Shown here: one piece after another, positions 5,439-8,667 of the stretch
How the letters are laid out: the number at the start of each line of letters is the position of its first letter
How positions within the stretch are numbered: position 1 is the stretch's first letter
From: Candidatus Iainarchaeum sp.
Lineage (GTDB): Archaea; Iainarchaeota; Iainarchaeia; Iainarchaeales; CSSED10-239
Assembly: GCA_937968065.1 (NCBI GenBank)
Contig: CALBUD010000007.1
Span: forward strand, 1 to 8,667
DNA: 8,667 bases
Direction: 5' to 3'
Notes under the pieces: model-generated
The model's input: the letters and a program-made list of their open reading frames with translations, nothing else
Told to the model about the DNA's origin: nothing
Database searches by the model: none
Position numbers and translations under genes: made by a program

Positions 5439-6680
5439 ATGACAGATATTTTAAAAAGGTATACTCCAAAAAACCTAAATGAAGTTGTTGGACAAAAAAA
5501 ACAAATAGAAACAATAAAAGATAGTATTTTAAAAGAACCAACTAAACCAATCTTCATATATGGAGAAAGTGGTATTGGAAAAACCTTATGTGCAAACCTT
5601 ATTGCAAAAGAACTTGATTATTCTATTTATCACACAGATGCCTCAGATATCAGAGGAAAAGAAGCAATAGCAAATCTTTCACAAGTTGCTTTAACAGGAG
5701 CTAATATTTTTGGAAAAAAAAGATTAATTATCTTAGATGAAATTGATGCTATTGATGATAAGAGAGGAGGAGGAGATTCTGGAGGAATTTTAGAAATTTT
5801 AAAAATTATTGATAAAACAAGACAACCAATAATCTTTATTGCAAACGATCCTTATGATAATAAGAAATTAAGACCAGTTTTTGAAAAATGTTTACAAGTA
5901 AGATTTGATCTTCCAAATAAACTCTCAATATTAAAGTTTGCAAAAGATATTTGTGATAAAGAAAACATAGATTATGATTTAATGTCATTAAAACAACTTG
6001 TAGAAAATACAAAAAATGATATTAGAGCTTTATTATTAGATCTTACAACACTTTCAGATTTTGGAAAAATAACTCTTGAAGATGTTGAATCTTTAGGAGA
6101 TAGAAAAAGAGATGAAGATGTTTTTAAAGTTCTTGGAAAGATATTTTATCCTAAAAACTTTTATGAAACTAAAAATTCTTTAAATGAAATGAATATTGAT
6201 TGGGAACTTCTTTTTGCATGGCTTGAAGAAAACATTCCAAGAAAATATAAACATCCAGAAAACTTAAGTAAAGGAATGGAAGCTTTAAGCAAAGCTGATG
6301 TTTTTAAAGGAAGAATAAAAGCAACTAACTGGATACTTTTAAAATATGTTTTTGATTATTTAACTGTTGGGGTTGCTTATGCAAAAAAAGAAAGAGAAGT
6401 GGGTGGCTTTTCTCCTTTTGTTTTTCCTACAATTTTAAAAAAGCTTAGTGGAAATAAAAAAGAAAGAGTTATTTTAGATAATGTGGTTTTAAAAATGCAA
6501 GAAAAAATACATGCTTCAAAACATATTCTTAAAAGAGATTATCTTCCTTTTCTTTTAATAATTGCAAAAACAAATAAATTTAATAAAGAAATAATTAAAT
6601 ATTTTAATCTTGAACATGAAGAAATAAAGATGCTAGGTGCAAAAGTTTCAAAAAAAGAATATGATGAAATAATAAATTAA
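5439..6680 (+). CDS. rfcL: Replication factor C (clamp loader) large subunit
   Basis: 413-aa ORF. It has the N-terminal RYTPKNLNEVVGQ motif (KYRPxxLxxvvGQ), Walker A GESGIGKT, Walker B RLIILDEIDAI, DDKRGGGDSGGILEIL, and PIIFIANDPY. The last motif is characteristic of archaeal large rather than small RFC subunits. There is no SRC motif, and the C-terminal half is helical. Confidence 0.85.
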   Translation: MTDILKRYTPKNLNEVVGQKKQIETIKDSILKEPTKPIFIYGESGIGKTLCANLIAKELDYSIYHTDASDIRGKEAIANLSQVALTGANIFGKKRLIILDEIDAIDDKRGGGDSGGILEILKIIDKTRQPIIFIANDPYDNKKLRPVFEKCLQVRFDLPNKLSILKFAKDICDKENIDYDLMSLKQLVENTKNDIRALLLDLTTLSDFGKITLEDVESLGDRKRDEDVFKVLGKIFYPKNFYETKNSLNEMNIDWELLFAWLEENIPRKYKHPENLSKGMEALSKADVFKGRIKATNWILLKYVFDYLTVGVAYAKKEREVGGFSPFVFPTILKKLSGNKKERVILDNVVLKMQEKIHASKHILKRDYLPFLLIIAKTNKFNKEIIKYFNLEHEEIKMLGAKVSKKEYDEIIN

Positions 6681-6689
6681 TGATTAAAA

Positions 6690-8474
6690 ATGACTGAATA
6701 TACAAGAATTGCTGTAATAGATAAAAATAAATGCCAACCAAAAGCCTGTAACTATCTATGCCATAGAGTTTGCCCTCCTGTAAAAATGGGAGAAGCAGCA
6801 ATAGAAGTTACAAATAGAGAAAACTGGTCACCACCAGTTATAAATGAAACTCTATGTACGGGGTGTGGAATTTGTCCAAATAAATGTCCATTTAAAGCAA
6901 TTACAATTATTAACACTTCAGTTAAATTTGGAGATCCTATACATCAGTTTGGAAAAAATACATTCAGGTTATATTCTATACCTTCTTCTGAAAAAGGTTT
7001 TATAACTGGAATTATTGGTATTAATGGATCTGGAAAAACAACAGCTATAAATATTTTATCAGGACTGCAAATACCAAATCTTGGAAATTATCAAGAAAAA
7101 GAAGATATAGAAAAAGTTATTGAATATTTTAGAGGAAAAACTATTCAAAAAAATTTTATAGATATTAAAGATAAAAAATTATCTTTTGCATATAAGATAC
7201 AAAAAGTTGAAGAAATACCAAAAGCTTTTAAAAAAACAATAAAAGAACTTCTTGAAAATATTACAAAAGATAAAGAATATTATACTAAAATAATTAAAGA
7301 ACTTGATATTGAGATTCTTCTTGAAAAAAAACCAACAGAAGTATCAGGTGGAGAACTTCAAAGAATAGCAATTGCTGCTTGTCTTTTAAAAGATGCAAAT
7401 GTTTATTTCTTTGACGAATATACAACTTTTTTAGATATTAAACAAAGATTTAAAATTGCAAAAATACTTAGAGAAAAAATAAATCCAGAAAACTCAATAA
7501 TGTTAATTGAACATGATCTTGCAATTTTAGATTATATTAGTGATTTTGTACAAATAATGTTTGGAAGAAAAAATGTATATGGACAATCATCAAATAAAAA
7601 AACAACAAAAAAAGGAATTAATGAATTTTTAGATGGATTTATAAAAGAAGAAAATATTAGAATTAGAGAGAGAAAAATTGAGTTTTCATCAGTTAAGTAT
7701 GATGGAACTTCTAAAAAAAATAAATTTGTATCTTATCCTAAATTTACAAAAAAACTAGGCTCTTTTACATTAAATGTTCTAGAAGGAGAAATAAATAAAG
7801 GAGAGATTATTGGTATTTTAGGACCAAACGCTATTGGAAAAACAACCTTTATTAAAGTTTTAGCTGGAGAGATTAAACCAGATGATATAGAGTTAGATCT
7901 TAAATTAAAAATTGCATATAAACCACAATATATAGATCTTGATGAAGATTTAAGTGTTGAAGAACTTTTTAAAAAAAAAGAAGTAAATCAAGATATTTTT
8001 AATTCAGAGATTAGAAGACAACTTGATATTGATAGCGTGTATGAGCAAAAAATTTCACAACTTTCTGGTGGAGAGTTACAAAAAATTGCTATTGGATATA
8101 ATTTATCAAAAGATGCTGATATTTATTTAATTGATGAACCTTCTGCTTTTTTAGATGTTGAACAAAGATTAATTATTGCAAATGTTATTAAAAGTGTAAT
8201 CTCTAAAACAGAAAGAAGTGCTTTAATTGTTGATCATGATCTTTTATTTATTGATTATATCTCTGATAGAGTTTTATTGTTTGAAGGAGAAGCATCAATT
8301 AAAGGAATTGCAAACAAAATAGATGAAATACAAGTTTCTTTTAATAAATTTTTAAAAGAACAAGATATGACCTTTAGACAAGATCCTGATACTAAAAGAC
8401 CAAGAGCAAATAAACAAGATTCACAAAAAGATAAAGAACAAAGAAAAGAAAATAAATATTATTATACAAATTAA
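6690..8474 (+). CDS. abcE1: ABCE1 / Rli1 (RNase L inhibitor homologue), ribosome-recycling Fe-S ABC ATPase
   Basis: 594-aa ORF. The N-terminal Fe-S domain has CQPKACNYLCHRVCP (C-x4-C-x3-C-x3-CP) and CTGCGICPNKCP (C-x2-C-x2-C-x3-CP). NBD1 has Walker A GINGSGKTT, signature VSGGELQR, Walker B YFFDE and H-loop IEHDL. NBD2 has GPNAIGKTT, LSGGELQK, YLIDEPSAFLD and VDHDL. The C-terminus RQDPDTKRPRANK...YYY is typical of the family. Confidence 0.95.
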   Translation: MTEYTRIAVIDKNKCQPKACNYLCHRVCPPVKMGEAAIEVTNRENWSPPVINETLCTGCGICPNKCPFKAITIINTSVKFGDPIHQFGKNTFRLYSIPSSEKGFITGIIGINGSGKTTAINILSGLQIPNLGNYQEKEDIEKVIEYFRGKTIQKNFIDIKDKKLSFAYKIQKVEEIPKAFKKTIKELLENITKDKEYYTKIIKELDIEILLEKKPTEVSGGELQRIAIAACLLKDANVYFFDEYTTFLDIKQRFKIAKILREKINPENSIMLIEHDLAILDYISDFVQIMFGRKNVYGQSSNKKTTKKGINEFLDGFIKEENIRIRERKIEFSSVKYDGTSKKNKFVSYPKFTKKLGSFTLNVLEGEINKGEIIGILGPNAIGKTTFIKVLAGEIKPDDIELDLKLKIAYKPQYIDLDEDLSVEELFKKKEVNQDIFNSEIRRQLDIDSVYEQKISQLSGGELQKIAIGYNLSKDADIYLIDEPSAFLDVEQRLIIANVIKSVISKTERSALIVDHDLLFIDYISDRVLLFEGEASIKGIANKIDEIQVSFNKFLKEQDMTFRQDPDTKRPRANKQDSQKDKEQRKENKYYYTN

Positions 8475-8476
8475 TC

Positions 8477-8495
8477 TTTTTTTTTTAAAAAAAAA
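8477..8495. terminator. Symmetric T10-A9 tract, candidate bidirectional oligo-T terminator between convergent genes
   Basis: T10 (8477..8486) is followed directly by A9 (8487..8495). Together they fill almost the whole 21-nt spacer between the ABCE1 stop (8472..8474) and the stop of the minus-strand gene (8498..8496). Each transcript therefore meets a run of nine or ten U directly after its stop codon. Confidence 0.5.
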
Positions 8496-8667
8496 CTAAC
8501 TATTATCTGTTATTGAAATGTTACAAGAGTCTGTAATATTAACGTTTATGGTTTTACTAAAATTTATTTCTTTATCCATTGAAGTTTTTATAAATTTATT
8601 TTCATAAACGCATCTTAAAGTTAAGTTTCCTGAATATGTATTTTTTGACAAATTGGTTAAATTAAAA
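8496..8667 (-). CDS. Hypothetical protein, C-terminal 56 codons only (gene enters from the right edge); possibly an extracellular glycoprotein
   Basis: Not in the supplied ORF track. The reverse-strand frame is open from the window edge to TAG at 8498..8496. It translates as ..FNLTNLSKNTYSGNLTLRCVYENKFIKTSMDKEINFSKTINVNITDSCNISITDNS*. A 56-codon stop-free run is fairly unlikely by chance at this A/T content, the other frames here are full of stops, and an oligo-T tract follows the stop. There are six N-x-S/T sequons in 56 residues. Confidence 0.45.
   Translation of the reverse strand, partial: FNLTNLSKNTYSGNLTLRCVYENKFIKTSMDKEINFSKTINVNITDSCNISITDNS

Noticed and set aside
6262-6269. Third exact ACTTAAGT copy, inside rfcL coding sequence (codons for ..NLSK..)
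   Set aside because: A single intragenic occurrence of an A/T-rich 8-mer is compatible with chance and has no flanking A/T box like the two promoter copies. It is kept only as a caveat for the promoter finding.
5439-6680. RFC large subunit seemed short (413 aa) and lacks an obvious C-terminal QxxLxxFF PIP box
   Set aside because: Archaeal RFC large subunits of about 400 aa are known (crenarchaeal examples), so the length is not anomalous. Absence of a PIP box cannot be judged without an alignment, because the motif is degenerate.
6604-6801. 65-aa minus-strand ORF spanning the rfcL/abcE1 junction
   Set aside because: It is antisense to the 3' end of rfcL and to the Fe-S domain codons of abcE1, both of which are strongly supported. 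It is Leu/Phe-rich shadow sequence.
1-8667. Long A or T homopolymers inside genes (e.g. the A run at 565..574, T runs in rnz, A9 at 7971..7979) as phase-variation or frameshift sites; alternative genetic code; CRISPR, tRNA or mobile elements
   Set aside because: The runs encode Lys/Phe stretches expected in a K-rich, A/T-rich proteome, and all genes read through intact. All ORFs give full-length family-typical proteins under the standard code, with TGG for Trp and TAA/TAG stops. The 350 nt of non-coding sequence leave no room for RNA genes or arrays, and no inverted terminal repeats or transposase-like ORFs are seen.

Overview
This is a strongly AT-rich, very gene-dense archaeal chromosomal segment. 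By my coordinates only about 350 of 8667 nt lie outside coding sequence. It holds seven complete and two edge-truncated protein genes, arranged as three divergent promoter regions and three convergent gene ends. In order: (1) a left-edge partial gene for a signal-peptide protein (1..422, minus; absent from the supplied ORF track); (2) an MBL-fold metal-dependent hydrolase (512..1207 +); (3) RNase Z (1204..2124 -); (4) a membrane-anchored archaeal LonB protease (2227..4098 +); (5) a small membrane-anchored 8-Cys protein of unknown function (4116..4613 +); (6) the PCNA sliding clamp (4610..5326 -); (7) the RFC clamp-loader large subunit (5439..6680 +); (8) the ABCE1/Rli1 ribosome-recycling ATPase (6690..8474 +); (9) a right-edge partial gene, last 56 codons only (8496..8667, minus; also absent from the track). 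I see no rRNA, tRNA, CRISPR array, transposase/integrase or repeat family. The four short antisense ORFs in the track are shadows of real genes. The content is core housekeeping and information processing, plausibly from a low-GC, compact-genome archaeon, but lineage cannot be assigned without a database search. I do not find a convincing novel multi-gene system here. The points worth a second look are regulatory or architectural. They are a mirrored GC-containing palindrome in the PCNA/RFC divergent promoter region, a very regular TATA-N22-ATG geometry implying leaderless mRNAs alongside TGAT-type SD-like sites on three other genes, two convergent gene pairs sharing stop codons in a TTAA tetranucleotide, and a T10A9 symmetric terminator. 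Three uncharacterised secreted or surface-type ORFs are also noted.
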